Positions 1-11,630 are shown, numbered from the stretch's first letter. The stretch: DNA of 64,000 nt from Candidatus Omnitrophota bacterium (GCA_024277375.1 JAJRVD010000025.1:19846-83845); one strand, 5' to 3'. Notes: a model not told the origin generated them from the sequence alone. Made by a program: numbers and translations.

Positions 1-108
1 CGGCAATATCAAAAGTATGTGTTTTGGTCATAGACTGAATACTCACCGGATGGAAAGATCCTATCTTCACATTCCCGACCATAACTGTCCTCGTCTTTCG
101 TCGTGCTA

Positions 109-1185
109 TCACTTGCCTCCAAATGGAAGAATTTTGACGATATCCTGCCAGCTTACAAAAAGCGCGAAACCGATCAAAAGGATCAGCGCCGCCTGAGTTA
201 CTATTTCCTGGGCCTTTAACGATAACGCTTTACCCCGCGCCTTTTCGAGACCAAGAAATATTATGTGTCCTCCATCCAGAACAGGAAACGGTAAAAGATT
301 AAAAATAGCCAACGCCATATTTACATGTGCCGTAATGATCATAAGCGGCACTATGCCCAACTTAGCGGCCTGGCCCATAAGGCGCGCTATTCCTATCGGC
401 CCTGAAACAGAACTTTTTACCGGCATGCCGCCCGTTATGAGAAGCCATATGCCTTTATATGTCACTCCGGTAAGGGTAAGCAACCTCTTCCCGCCTAAAT
501 ATATGGCCGAAAGAGGATCATGCGGGATCGACAATATTTTGTCCTTAGGCGCGACTCCGATCATGGGCCTGGAAATAGTCTGCCCGAAAACATTTGTAAC
601 GGTTGAAATGTCAGGGATGACTTCTATATCAAGAGTTTTCCCTCCGCGCACAACGGTTATATTCAACCTGGTATTTTCACTGTCGGCAGATTCTGTCTTT
701 ATGGCACCCACTATATCATCCCAATATTTTATCTCGTGATGGTTGATAGAGGTTATCTCATCCCCCACCTTGATCCCGGCTTTCGCGGCAGGATAACCTT
801 TCAATACTTCTCCTATCTCATTCGAGAGCATAGGAACACCTATCGTGAAAATAACGCTAAAAAGAATAAAAGCGAAAATATAGTTTGTAAGCGATCCCGC
901 GGCCATGACCCAAAAACGATGACCTACCGGTTTTGACGCGAGCTCGTCATCTCTGCCTTCTACATCGGCGGGGTCTTCTCCCCGCATCTTGACGTACCCG
1001 CCAAAAGGTAAGAGCGAAATACGATAATCCGTTCCTCCGCGTTTAACTCCGCATAAACGCTTACCAAATCCGAGTGAAAATACTTCCACATCAACACCAA
1101 TTTTTTTTGCCGCAACCAAGTGCCCCGCCTCATGCACAAGTATGATCACGCTAAAAACAGCTAATACCACAATAATTGTTAACAA
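109..1185 (-). CDS. rseP: RIP zinc metalloprotease RseP (site-2 protease)
   Basis: 358-aa ORF with an HEAGH zinc motif near the N-terminus, a PDZ-like middle region and multiple TM segments; canonical position after dxr; TTG start, TGA stop. Confidence 0.9.
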   Translation of the reverse strand: MLTIIVVLAVFSVIILVHEAGHLVAAKKIGVDVEVFSLGFGKRLCGVKRGGTDYRISLLPFGGYVKMRGEDPADVEGRDDELASKPVGHRFWVMAAGSLTNYIFAFILFSVIFTIGVPMLSNEIGEVLKGYPAAKAGIKVGDEITSINHHEIKYWDDIVGAIKTESADSENTRLNITVVRGGKTLDIEVIPDISTVTNVFGQTISRPMIGVAPKDKILSIPHDPLSAIYLGGKRLLTLTGVTYKGIWLLITGGMPVKSSVSGPIGIARLMGQAAKLGIVPLMIITAHVNMALAIFNLLPFPVLDGGHIIFLGLEKARGKALSLKAQEIVTQAALILLIGFALFVSWQDIVKILPFGGK

Positions 1186-2321
1186 GACCTTAACACCTCC
1201 TCAATCGCCCACTTTTCCGCGTTTTTTATATCGTCCATAGACGGCTCATCTATACTTTTGTGACCGTCAATCGTTTTAGACACGATCTTTATTATATCCG
1301 TAAATCTTATCTTATTTTCAAGAAACATGTTCACCGCCACCTCATTAGACGCGTTAAGAACAGCCGGCACCGTACCACCCGCACGCATAGCGTCAAATGC
1401 CAATTCAAGAGCCGGGAATTTTCTGGTATCCGGTTCCATGAAAGAAAATCCCTTTATGGCCGTAAAATCCACCCTGGGGAAATTGCTTTCCATGATATCA
1501 GGGAACGACAACGCCTTTAATATGGGAAATCTCATATCCGGACAAAAAAGGCTGGCACTTACAGTCCCATCCAGAAACTCTACCATTGAATGTATTATAG
1601 CCTCAGGATGGATAACAACTTTTATGGCCGCCGGCGGAATATCAAACAGCCATCTCGCCTCTATGGCTTCCAGCCCCTTGTTCATGAGCGTAGCGGAATC
1701 CACGGTTATTTTCTGCCCCATATTCCACTTCGGATGATCGAGAACTTCTTCAAGCGTGATCGAACCGAAATCCTCTTCTTTTTTATCTTTAAGAGACCCC
1801 CCGCTCCCCGTAAGATATAAAGTTCTTACGTCTTTAGTACTCCTGCCCGAGAGACACTGCATAACAGCGCTATGTTCGGAATCCACAGGTATGATACGGG
1901 CTTTCTTTTCCCGTTGGATCTTTTGTATTACCGCCCCCGCGCTGACTATCGGCTCCTTGCTGGCCAACGCCACTGTCCTTGAGTTATTCAAAGCCGCTAT
2001 AAGCGGATCTAGCGCCGCCATACCACCGATGGCAATAAAAACAATATCCGCCTTTACCTCGCAGGCAAGCCTGACCACCTCTTCTCCTCCGGCGAAAACT
2101 TGTACCCCCGCCGGAACGCTATCTTTAAGATCGGAGTAATATTTTTCATTGCCTATCACCGCGACGTCAGGATGGAACTCTTCCGCCTGTTCAAGAAGAG
2201 AATCAAGATTTTCATTGCTCGCGATCGCCCTTATACGAAACTTATCGGAATAGTGCCTGACTACATCGAGAACATTTTTCCCTACAGATCCCGTGGAACC
2301 GAGAAGAATAATATCTTTCAT
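1179..2321 (-). CDS. dxr: 1-deoxy-D-xylulose 5-phosphate reductoisomerase
   Basis: 380 aa; N-terminal LLGSTGSVG NADPH-binding motif; full-length Dxr homology; ATG start, TAA stop; overlaps rseP start by 7 nt. Confidence 0.95.
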   Translation of the reverse strand: MKDIILLGSTGSVGKNVLDVVRHYSDKFRIRAIASNENLDSLLEQAEEFHPDVAVIGNEKYYSDLKDSVPAGVQVFAGGEEVVRLACEVKADIVFIAIGGMAALDPLIAALNNSRTVALASKEPIVSAGAVIQKIQREKKARIIPVDSEHSAVMQCLSGRSTKDVRTLYLTGSGGSLKDKKEEDFGSITLEEVLDHPKWNMGQKITVDSATLMNKGLEAIEARWLFDIPPAAIKVVIHPEAIIHSMVEFLDGTVSASLFCPDMRFPILKALSFPDIMESNFPRVDFTAIKGFSFMEPDTRKFPALELAFDAMRAGGTVPAVLNASNEVAVNMFLENKIRFTDIIKIVSKTIDGHKSIDEPSMDDIKNAEKWAIEEVLRSC

Positions 2322-2324
2322 AAG

Positions 2325-3140
2325 CTAAAACGCCTTTATATAAAAGTAAAAAACCGGGGCGGTGAATAACAGGCTGTCAATAAGGTCAAGAAAGCCGCCG
2401 ATACCAGATAATTGCAGCCCGGAATCTTTTATATTGCAATCTCGTTTTATAAGGCTTTCAGCCAGATCTCCCACTTGCCCCAAAGTCGCCAGAACAATGC
2501 CTAGTATCGACAAGTGCACTATAGAGAAACCCGTCAAATGCGCGCCTAAAGTAATAGCGACCAAAACACTGACTATGATACCGCCCAGGGTACCTTCTTT
2601 TGTTTTATTTGGACTTATTCTCGGTATCAGTTCGCTCTTACCAAACTTTCTACCGATCATATAGGCGCCCATATCAGCGCTCTTAGTAACGATAATAAGA
2701 AAAGCTACGAGATTCGCTCCATTTTCTAAAAATTTAATTTTCACAAAAAACGAAAAAAACCAGGCGACATAAAAAAGCGAAAACAGGGTCAAGGCCGTGC
2801 TTACAAGATGATCTCGAGCGTTATCCCGCCTTATAAATTGCAAAGTTAAAGCAAAAAGACTGGCGATCACTATTAAAAACGATTCCAAATTCTTCAACTC
2901 AGGAAGAATATTGCCAAGAAAAATAACGATCGGAATGAGACATCCTACTGCTGTTCCAAAATATTTATAAACAAATACACCTCTATGCTCGACCATTTTA
3001 AAGAATTCAAATTGGCCAAAAGCCGCGAACAAAGCGATAATTAAACAAAATGCCCAGTTAGGTATCGCGTATATCACCAAAGATACGAACAGTACAAGTA
3101 TTATGCTGGTAACAGTCCTTGAGATAAATTTATTCACCAA
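2325..3140 (-). CDS. cdsA: phosphatidate cytidylyltransferase
   Basis: 271-aa multi-TM protein with the CdsA C-terminal signature (KRDxxxKDSGxxxxGHGGxxDRxDS-like); TTG start, TAG stop 4 nt before the dxr ATG. Confidence 0.88.
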   Translation of the reverse strand: MVNKFISRTVTSIILVLFVSLVIYAIPNWAFCLIIALFAAFGQFEFFKMVEHRGVFVYKYFGTAVGCLIPIVIFLGNILPELKNLESFLIVIASLFALTLQFIRRDNARDHLVSTALTLFSLFYVAWFFSFFVKIKFLENGANLVAFLIIVTKSADMGAYMIGRKFGKSELIPRISPNKTKEGTLGGIIVSVLVAITLGAHLTGFSIVHLSILGIVLATLGQVGDLAESLIKRDCNIKDSGLQLSGIGGFLDLIDSLLFTAPVFYFYIKAF

Positions 3141-3822
3141 ATCTCCTCTCCCTTAGCGAATACTCTTCTAACGCCTTTCTCAGATCTTCTTCATTAAAAT
3201 CGGGCCAAAGGGTTTTTGTTACATATATTTCCGCATATGCCGATTGCCACAACAAAAAATTACTCAACCGCATCTCGCCCGAAGTACGTATTATGAAATC
3301 AAGCGGCGGGAGGCCTTCGGTGTATAGGAATTTCTCAAAATCATCCTCTTTCAGCGACGACACTTCGAGCTGACCGTTTTTATTCTTTTCGCAAACTTTT
3401 TTGACCGCGTCCAATATCTCCCGGCGTGCGCCATAATTCAATGCCAGGGTAAGTACCATTCCGGAGTTATTGGAAGTACTCTTTGTGATCTTTTTTATCG
3501 CGGCCTGCAATGACTCGGGAAAAGCGTCGATCCGGCCGATCACATTAAATCTCATATTCCCTTCACGTAAAAGGTCTTCTTTTTCCCGCAGGCTCCTTTC
3601 AAGAAGCTTCATAAGCGCGCTTACTTCCTCTTTTGAACGTTTCCAGTTTTCAGAGGAAAAGGTATACAATGTAAGTGCTTTCACGCCCTTATCCGAACAC
3701 TCTTTTACTATCAGATCGACGTTTTTCACTCCCGAACGATGTCCCATTACACGAGGAAGATTTCGTTTCCTGGCCCACCGTCCGTTCCCATCCATTATTA
3801 TGGCTATATGTTCCGGTAACAT
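3130..3822 (-). CDS. uppS: undecaprenyl diphosphate synthase (isoprenyl transferase)
   Basis: 230 aa; HIAIIMDGNGRWA motif and full UppS homology; conserved uppS-cdsA-dxr-rseP order. Confidence 0.95.
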   Translation of the reverse strand: MLPEHIAIIMDGNGRWARKRNLPRVMGHRSGVKNVDLIVKECSDKGVKALTLYTFSSENWKRSKEEVSALMKLLERSLREKEDLLREGNMRFNVIGRIDAFPESLQAAIKKITKSTSNNSGMVLTLALNYGARREILDAVKKVCEKNKNGQLEVSSLKEDDFEKFLYTEGLPPLDFIIRTSGEMRLSNFLLWQSAYAEIYVTKTLWPDFNEEDLRKALEEYSLRERRFGE

Positions 3823-3837
3823 GATCGTATGGTTATA

Positions 3838-3875
3838 GGGGACAGCCTCCTTTTGCCCAAAAGGAGGCTGTCCCC
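3838..3875. other. 13-bp-stem hairpin 16 nt upstream of the uppS start codon
   Basis: GGGGACAGCCTCC-TTTTGCCCAAAA-GGAGGCTGTCCCC; on the plus strand a T-run follows; on the minus strand it sequesters the only GGAGG near the uppS start. Confidence 0.5.
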
Positions 3876-3898
3876 TATTCTTCCCTTATTTTTGTCTC

Positions 3899-4573
3899 TT
3901 ATTTAAAATTGTTTCCGGTTGCGCTGTCTGATATTTTTTCGGCGGAAAACTCCGGCAATATCACTATTTCAACCCTTCGGTTCTTTGCCCTTCCATCGGA
4001 GGAATTATTAGATGCCAAAGGCCGGTGTTCTCCATATCCGGTCGCTGAAAGCCTTCTTGGCGAAATACCTTTGTCCTCAAGGTAATGAAGAACATTAGTG
4101 GCCCGACGAGTCGAAAGTTCCCAGTTAGACGGCCATGATGAATGCTGTATAGGTACGTTGTCGGTATGCCCGCTTACGCCTATGTCTTTATCGGGCACTT
4201 CCCTTTTGATCACTTTCGCGAGTTTATCCAATACGGGATATGCCTCGCTTTTTAACTCCGCCTTACCTGAAGCGAATAGAATTTCGTCCGACAGGATCAC
4301 GACCAGACCACCTTCACCAAGCCTGAATGACACTTGGTCGTCAGCTATTTGCCCCTTAAGCTTGCTCTCCAACATACGCCTGACTTCTTCGAATTGTTTA
4401 CGTTCACGACGGCGCTCGGCTTCGAGATCACTGATCTTGCCTTTTAGCTCTTTGATCTGTTTTTTTGCCCGAGGACTTTGTTTATAAAAATTAACGGCAC
4501 ATCCTGATGTCATAAGACTAACGAAAATGATCAAACACACGCTCTTCAATAGAATAAAACGCTTTAACATCAT
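3899..4573 (-). CDS. OmpA/MotB-family peptidoglycan-associated lipoprotein with coiled-coil linker
   Basis: 224 aa; signal peptide plus lipobox (LMTSGC); coiled-coil region; C-terminal OmpA-like domain (GHTDNVP...NRRVEIV). Confidence 0.7.
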   Translation of the reverse strand: MMLKRFILLKSVCLIIFVSLMTSGCAVNFYKQSPRAKKQIKELKGKISDLEAERRRERKQFEEVRRMLESKLKGQIADDQVSFRLGEGGLVVILSDEILFASGKAELKSEAYPVLDKLAKVIKREVPDKDIGVSGHTDNVPIQHSSWPSNWELSTRRATNVLHYLEDKGISPRRLSATGYGEHRPLASNNSSDGRAKNRRVEIVILPEFSAEKISDSATGNNFK

Positions 4574-4583
4574 AAGGACCCCC

Positions 4584-5927
<1,344 letters not shown>

Positions 5928-5969
5928 CTATGTAATTTGCGTTACTGTGTTCCCAAGTTACAGTCTCAG

Positions 5970-7568
5970 TTATTCCGCTAACCGAACCTGCTTAACGTCA
6001 TTGATATCTTTAGACTGCTTAAGCTTCTTGATAAGTTCTTTCGGAATAGCACTGTCTACGTTTAACAAACTTATAGCCTGGCCGGTTTTCTTGTCCCTGC
6101 CAAAACTCATCTCAGCTATATTTATCCCCTGCCTACCCAATACGGTGCCTATTTTACCAACTACACCCGGGACATCATCATTAGAGACAACCAGCATATC
6201 CCCGTGAGGTATCGCTTCAACATAAAATTTGTCCATTTTTATGATCCGAGGTTCTTTGTTGGAAAAAAGCGTACCCATTATAAAATGCTTTTTCTTGCCG
6301 GTATCAAATTCAACTGTAATAAGATTAGCAAAATCCGTAATGTTCGTAGTCTTTTTTTCGGATACTTTTATGCCTCTTTCTTTGGCTATCAAGAGTGAAT
6401 TCACATAATTAACTTCTTCTTCCAATATTGGATTAAACACACCCTTCAATAAAGCGCGTGTAATGATCCCCACATCCGTGTTCGCGACTTCACCCACATA
6501 ATTTACGGTGATACTTTTTATCGGTTTATCTATAAGTTGTGTCTGCATAGACCCCAGACGTTCCGCCAGATTAACATAAGGTTGCGCCATTTGCAGAGCC
6601 TCTTCTTCCATCGCCGGAATATTTGCCGCGCTACGAAAACCCTTTCCCAGAAGAGCGTCTGAAACGGACCTGGCGATATCCATTGCCACGTTCACCTGGG
6701 CTTCCGCGGTAGATGCTCCCAGGTGAGGAGTGGTAACCACTTCATCCATATTCACCACAGGACTGTCAACCGGAGGTTTCGCCTTAGTCTCAAAAACATC
6801 AAGTGCCGCGCCTTTTACCTTGCCGGATCTTAGATTCTTGGCTAAAGCCGCCTCATCAATTATCCCGCCCCTGGCAGCATTAATTATACGAACGCCTTTT
6901 TTCATCTTTTTAAACGCCTTTTCGTCGATGAGATGTTTTGTCTCATCCGTCAGAGGAGTGTGTATTGTTATGAAGTCCGCTCCTCCAAGAAGTGTGTCTA
7001 AACTCGCCGATTCTACATTTAAAGATTTCGCTTTTTCCTCAGACAGGAACGGATCAAAAACCAGTATCTTCATACCAAAGCTCAAGGCACGTTTGGCGAA
7101 TTCGGCACCAATACGTCCCATGCCGATAATGCCCAGTACTTTCCCGTACAATTCCACACCCATAAACTTCTTTCTGTCCCATTTACCCTGCTTAATAGAT
7201 TGATTGGCCTGGGGAATATTCCTGGAAAGTGACATCATAAGGCTAAAAGCGTGTTCAGCGGTAGATATAGTATTCCCGGCCGGCGCGTTCATGACCACTA
7301 TACCTTTTTTGGACGCCGCCTGCACATCAACGTTATCCAAACCCACACCCGCTCTGCCGATAACTTTCAGTTTGTTGGATGCGTCTATGATCTTTTTTGT
7401 TACCGTCGTTCCGCTTCTTACAATAAGAGCGTCGTATCCTTTTATCTTTTTGACGAGTTCGCTTTCGGAAAGTTTAAAAACCTCATCGACCTTAAGGTTG
7501 TTTTCCCTTAATATATCCACCCCTTCCTTTGCCAGGGGATCACTTATAAGAACTTTGATCGCGGCCAT
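5970..7568 (-). CDS. serA: D-3-phosphoglycerate dehydrogenase
   Basis: 532 aa; 2-hydroxyacid dehydrogenase NAD-binding domain (GxIGxGRIG) plus C-terminal ACT domain. Confidence 0.93.
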   Translation of the reverse strand: MAAIKVLISDPLAKEGVDILRENNLKVDEVFKLSESELVKKIKGYDALIVRSGTTVTKKIIDASNKLKVIGRAGVGLDNVDVQAASKKGIVVMNAPAGNTISTAEHAFSLMMSLSRNIPQANQSIKQGKWDRKKFMGVELYGKVLGIIGMGRIGAEFAKRALSFGMKILVFDPFLSEEKAKSLNVESASLDTLLGGADFITIHTPLTDETKHLIDEKAFKKMKKGVRIINAARGGIIDEAALAKNLRSGKVKGAALDVFETKAKPPVDSPVVNMDEVVTTPHLGASTAEAQVNVAMDIARSVSDALLGKGFRSAANIPAMEEEALQMAQPYVNLAERLGSMQTQLIDKPIKSITVNYVGEVANTDVGIITRALLKGVFNPILEEEVNYVNSLLIAKERGIKVSEKKTTNITDFANLITVEFDTGKKKHFIMGTLFSNKEPRIIKMDKFYVEAIPHGDMLVVSNDDVPGVVGKIGTVLGRQGINIAEMSFGRDKKTGQAISLLNVDSAIPKELIKKLKQSKDINDVKQVRLAE

Positions 7569-7600
7569 GTTACTCCTTTTTCTAACATGTAGTAGACTCC

Positions 7601-7752
7601 TGCAAAACGCTTTTTTTTAATCAGACTGTACCATAATGTAGGGGCTTGATTCATCAAGCCCATTATATCGGGTTCGATGAATCGAACCCCTACAATCAAT
7701 ACATTGTATGCGGACATCCGCAAAACGAATTACGAAAGTCCTATTTTGCAGG
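7601..7752 (+). repeat. MITE-like element, family A, copy 1
   Basis: Outer ends TGCAAAACG / ATTTTGCAGGA; arms CAGACTGTACCATAAT / AATTACGA; core GTAGGGGCTTGATTCATCAAGCCCATTATATCGGGTTCGATGAATCGAACCCCTAC; lies between serA and the aminotransferase gene. Confidence 0.85.
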
Positions 7753-7786
7753 ATCCTTTAACGTGTACGAGCACGGCGCCGTGCCC

Positions 7787-8917
7787 CTACTTAAACAATT
7801 CTTGTGCCTTGCCAACACCTTTACCCAACCGAACATCAAAACCCAGCTGGCTGAGAACTATTTCTATTCCCGCTAGAGCCCCGATAGTGTCATACTCATC
7901 CATGTATCCAAGGTGAGCTAATCGAAATATCTTCCCTTTAAGCGCGGCCTGTCCGCCCGCGATCGTTACTCCCTGCTCATCACGCATTTTCTTTGCTAAC
8001 GCTCCGCCATCAACGCCTTCCGGGACTTTTACCGCGGTAACAGCATTCGAAGGCTTCTCAGAAAAAAGTTCAAGCCCCATAGCTTTTACCGCTTCACGCG
8101 TAGCATTCGCGAGTTTCGCGTGCCTCTTTAAAACATTATCAAGCCCCTCTTCCAGCAGCATATCAAGCACGGTATTAAGCCCCATTATCAACGATACTGC
8201 CGGAGTGTACGGGGTATCATCTTTCGCGTGCGCTTTTAACGCCGCCTTAAGATCAAAGTAATATTTAGGAAGGCTGGACGATTCCACAAGTTTCTGAGCT
8301 TTCCGGCTCAGACTCAAGAATGCCAGACCCGGGGGAAGCATAAGACCTTTCTGAGAACCGCAAACCACTACATCAACTCCCCATTCATCCGTTTTTAGTT
8401 CATCCGCGGATAATCCGCTAATAGCATCGACAACAAGCACAGCGTCGGTTGCCGAAACCACTTTAGCTATCGCCTTAATATCATTAACAACGCCGGTAGA
8501 TGTCTCGCATAAAGTACTGTATACGGCCTTCACGTCAGGATTTTCTTTAAGCAATTCGGACACAACTTCCGGATCCACGCTTTTTCCCCACTCAACGTCG
8601 CAATCTACAACTTCCACCCCGTAGGCACTACTTATCTCGGCAAATCTCTCACCGAATTTTCCGCCCTTTACAACGATAACCTTATCACCTCTGGACACTA
8701 AGTTCACTACAGAAGCTTCCATAGCACCGGTTCCGCTCGAAGCGAAAACAAAAACCGGGTTTTTCGTCTGAAAAAGTTTCTTAAGCTTAATGTTCACGTC
8801 CTTAAGCACAGCCTGGAACTGAGGTGTTCTATGGTGGATAATGGTATCGGCCATCTTTAGTAACACTTTTTCCGGCACAGGCGTAGGGCCCGGCGCCATC
8901 AATCTATATTTTCGCAT
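7787..8917 (-). CDS. class-V aminotransferase, probably phosphoserine aminotransferase (serine-glyoxylate/SerC-like)
   Basis: 376 aa; class-V PLP fold (SGTGAMEA ... SQKGL); immediately downstream of serA; TAG stop. Confidence 0.75.
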   Translation of the reverse strand: MRKYRLMAPGPTPVPEKVLLKMADTIIHHRTPQFQAVLKDVNIKLKKLFQTKNPVFVFASSGTGAMEASVVNLVSRGDKVIVVKGGKFGERFAEISSAYGVEVVDCDVEWGKSVDPEVVSELLKENPDVKAVYSTLCETSTGVVNDIKAIAKVVSATDAVLVVDAISGLSADELKTDEWGVDVVVCGSQKGLMLPPGLAFLSLSRKAQKLVESSSLPKYYFDLKAALKAHAKDDTPYTPAVSLIMGLNTVLDMLLEEGLDNVLKRHAKLANATREAVKAMGLELFSEKPSNAVTAVKVPEGVDGGALAKKMRDEQGVTIAGGQAALKGKIFRLAHLGYMDEYDTIGALAGIEIVLSQLGFDVRLGKGVGKAQELFK

Positions 8918-8938
8918 CTATTGCTCCTTACATTAATG

Positions 8939-8966
8939 GTAGGGGCGTATTGCAATACGTCCCTAC
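8939..8966. repeat. REP-like palindrome type 3b (GTAGGGRCGTAYYGCAAYACGYCCCTRC)
   Basis: GTAGGGGCGTATTGCAATACGTCCCTAC between clpP and the aminotransferase gene. Confidence 0.75.
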
Positions 8967-8976
8967 AATCGTTAAT

Positions 8977-9561
8977 TTATATCGCTTCAACAACGTGATC
9001 AACTATTCCATACTCTTTCGCCTCTTGGGCGGTCATAAAATAGTCTCTATCCGTATCTTTTTTGACCGTCTCCACTGACTGTCCGGTATGTTTTACCAGT
9101 ATCCCTTCCAACTGCTCTTTCATCCTGGTGATCTCTTTTGCCTGAATATGTATGTCCGTTGCCGTACCCTGAACTCCACCCCACGGCTGATGCACCATTA
9201 TCCTGGAATACGGAAGCGCGTAGCGTTTCCCTGTGGCACCCGCGGCAAGAAGAACAGCACCCATGCTCGCGGCTTGCCCGACACAATACGTATTAACCTC
9301 AGGTTTGATAAACTGCATCGTATCGTAAATTGACAGACCGCTGGTAATACTTCCGCCGGGAGTATTAATGTATATGTCTATATCCTTCTCGGCGTCTTCC
9401 ATTTGCAGATATAAAAGTTCAGCGATAACAATATTCGCCACATTATCATCAATAGGCGTTCCTATGAATATAACTCTATCCTTAAGAAGACGCGAATATA
9501 TATCATACGCCCTTTCCATTCTTCCCTCTTTCTCAATAACCATAGGTATTACGCCGCTCAT
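8977..9561 (-). CDS. clpP: ATP-dependent Clp protease proteolytic subunit
   Basis: 194 aa; canonical ClpP sequence including the active-site region GQAASMGA and HQP; no clpX is adjacent. Confidence 0.95.
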   Translation of the reverse strand: MSGVIPMVIEKEGRMERAYDIYSRLLKDRVIFIGTPIDDNVANIVIAELLYLQMEDAEKDIDIYINTPGGSITSGLSIYDTMQFIKPEVNTYCVGQAASMGAVLLAAGATGKRYALPYSRIMVHQPWGGVQGTATDIHIQAKEITRMKEQLEGILVKHTGQSVETVKKDTDRDYFMTAQEAKEYGIVDHVVEAI

Positions 9562-9595
9562 ATGTTCCTCCTTTTACGTACAGCGTATATTGCCT

Positions 9596-9748
9596 CTGCA
9601 AAACGCTGTTTTTTTAATCAGACTGTGTCATAATATAGGGGCTTGATTCATCAAGCCCGTTATATCGGGTTCGATGAATCGAACCCCTACAATATATTGT
9701 ATGCGGCCATACGCAAAACAAATTACGACACAAGTTCCATTTTGCAGG
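9596..9748 (+). repeat. MITE-like element, family A, copy 2 (flanked by the direct repeat GTACAGCGTAT)
   Basis: Full arms plus core; 11-bp direct repeat at 9578-9588 and 9755-9765; lies between tig and clpP. Confidence 0.85.
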
Positions 9749-9793
9749 ACCCTTGTACAGCGTATGGCATACAGCGCATAGCGTTATTGAAAA

Positions 9794-11068
9794 CTATTTT
9801 TTCTCGACTATTTCCGCCTCATCGAGGAGAAAATCCAGTGTTTTATCTTCTCTTATCTGTTCCTCAAGCCCTCCGATAAGATCATTTTCTCTGTAGTATT
9901 CCTTAACTTTGTCGAAGGGTTGGTTATAACTGACAGCGAGATTCCTGATCCATTCCTCCGTCTCTTCGTCCGTGGACTCAACCTTCTCAATGTTCGCGAT
10001 CGCGTCGAGGATAAAATACAATTTAACTTTGTTTTCGGATTCTCTGGTAAGTTGGTCCTTTAGTTCCGCTTTATGCGATTCCATGGTCTTCTCATCTACG
10101 CCTTTCTGCTTCAATTCGTTTTCCGCTTTTTCCGTAAGCACTTTCAATTGTCTCGCGACCATAGTTTCCGGGAGGTCAAAGGCATGTTTCTTGAGCAGTT
10201 GTTCCATGATCTGATTTTTCATAGCCACTTTATCGTTGTACTGTTTTCTCTCTAAGAGTTGTGCTCGCACTTCATTCCGCGCGTCATCCATTGTTTCTTT
10301 GCCTATCTTTTTGGCAAATTCGTCATTCAACTCAGGCAGTTTTTTCTATTTCGTTTCTTTGACTTCAACCTTAAATATAGCTTTTTTGCCGGCATATTTT
10401 TCGTCAGGATAATTTTCCGGTAAAACGATCTCCATGTCTTTCCGGTCTCCTTTTTTTAGACCGATAAGCTCCTCGCCCATCCCCAGAAGAGAGGTTTCTT
10501 TGTCTGCTTCGATCCACATGTTCTCGCGTTTTTTTGAGATCAATTTATCATCCATAAAAGTTTCCACATCACAAACACCAAAATCTCCTTTTTTCATGGA
10601 TCTCTCGATATCACTAAATTCGGCATTCATGCTCTGGAACCGCTCTATGGTCTCCTCTACTTCTTTGCCTTCAACTGTTATCTTCTCTGCGGAAACTTTC
10701 AAACCCTTATATTTCTGTAACTTTATCTCCGGATGTGTATCCACTTTAGCTTTAAATTTAAGACCCCCTGAAGCTTCCATGACCACATCTGAAACCTCAG
10801 GAAGACTTACCGGCGTGATACCGTGATCGTTCAACGCCCATTGATACCCCTCGGAAACCAAACGACGTTGAACTTCATCGGTCGCTTCCTCATGATGATG
10901 TTTTTGCACAATATCCATAGGAGCTTTACCCGTCCTGAAACCCGGAATAGTCACGGTTTTACGAATATCTTCCAGCACCTCTTTATAAACTTCTTCAACT
11001 TTCTGGCTTGGGATCTCTATGTCCAACTGCCTGGACGTTCCTTTAAGTTTTTTTATCTTACCTTTCAT
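9794..11068 (-). pseudogene. tig: trigger factor (tig) interrupted by a single in-frame TAG at 10346-10348
   Basis: ORFs 10346..11068 (N-terminal ribosome-binding plus PPIase domains) and 9794..10330 (C-terminal domain) are in the same frame. Translation reads ...KVEVKETK-TAG-KKLPELNDEFAKK, collinear with the trigger-factor consensus (ELPELDDEFAK). No frameshift; combined length is 424 codons. Confidence 0.8.
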
Positions 11069-11096
11069 TGTTTTTTCCTATCGTTTTACCCCGTTA

Positions 11097-11630
11097 TTAA
11101 AATTTGGGTTCTACCAGCCCATAATTACCATCGTGCCGTTTATACAAAACATTAACCTCTCCGGTATCCGCGTTCTTAAACACAAGAAAATCTTTATCCG
11201 TATTATTCAATTCCATTTTGGCTTCTTCCGGAAGCATTGGCTTATCCGCGAACATGTTTGTCCTGATGATCTCGCCTTCTTCAGGGAAAAATACTTCTTC
11301 TTGAGACCAAAAGCGCACAAAACGATTAAACACTCTTCTTCTTCTTGAACTAGTCCTATCGCTGATCCTTCTTAACTGTTTTTTTATGCTGGTTGCCGCG
11401 CTGTCTATCGAAGCGTATACGTCTGTTGAGCTCTCTTTGGCAACTATTTTACTTCCCTTTATGTACAAGATTATCTCAACGTTCTGCCTCATCTTTTCTT
11501 CCTCGAGAACAACGTCACATGCCTGGATCCCCTTATACATGCGTTCCAGTTTTCCCAGGCGCTTTTGGATGTATCCTTTTATGTCATCACTTAACTCAAT
11601 ATTCCGTCCGGTAATATTAATATCCATCAC
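11097..11630 (-). CDS. hpf: ribosome hibernation promoting factor (long form, sigma-54 modulation protein family)
   Basis: 177 aa; RaiA/HPF N-terminal domain plus C-terminal dimerisation extension; lies downstream of lptB as in the canonical locus, but rpoN is absent. Confidence 0.88.
   Translation of the reverse strand: MMDINITGRNIELSDDIKGYIQKRLGKLERMYKGIQACDVVLEEEKMRQNVEIILYIKGSKIVAKESSTDVYASIDSAATSIKKQLRRISDRTSSRRRRVFNRFVRFWSQEEVFFPEEGEIIRTNMFADKPMLPEEAKMELNNTDKDFLVFKNADTGEVNVLYKRHDGNYGLVEPKF

Noticed and set aside
1-41. Possible start of a further minus-strand gene at the window edge (ATG at 39-41 reading [10 protein letters not shown])
   Set aside because: Only 13 codons are available, the RBS is weak and no recognisable motif is present; this is too little to support a call
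263-936. Antisense or alternative-frame ORFs inside annotated genes (for example 263..739 and 736..936 on the plus strand within rseP, 16465..17205, 39560..40390, 25782..26411)
   Set aside because: They lie opposite or out of frame relative to strongly supported conserved genes and have low-complexity or Ser/Pro-rich composition typical of shadow ORFs
2319-2327. cdsA and dxr in the same frame, separated by TAG plus one codon
   Set aside because: The domain boundaries are natural (a complete CdsA C-terminus and a Dxr N-terminus with an ATG); this is a coincidental frame match
7621-7700. tRNA-like GGGTTCGA...TCGAACCC motif in the MITE core
   Set aside because: No acceptor stem, D-arm or anticodon arm is present. 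The motif is a simple palindrome repeated within the element, not a T-arm in tRNA context. No tRNA or rRNA was recognised anywhere in the window
7646-7916. ORFs 7646..7876 and 7677..7916 (also 9643..9879, 48615..48857, 55091..55411, 40397..40792) with recurring peptides MIHQAHYIGFDESNPYN / RFIEPDITGLMNQAPTL
   Set aside because: They are translations of MITE copies in either orientation. They are short, lack an RBS, and their conservation is at the nucleotide repeat level, not the protein level
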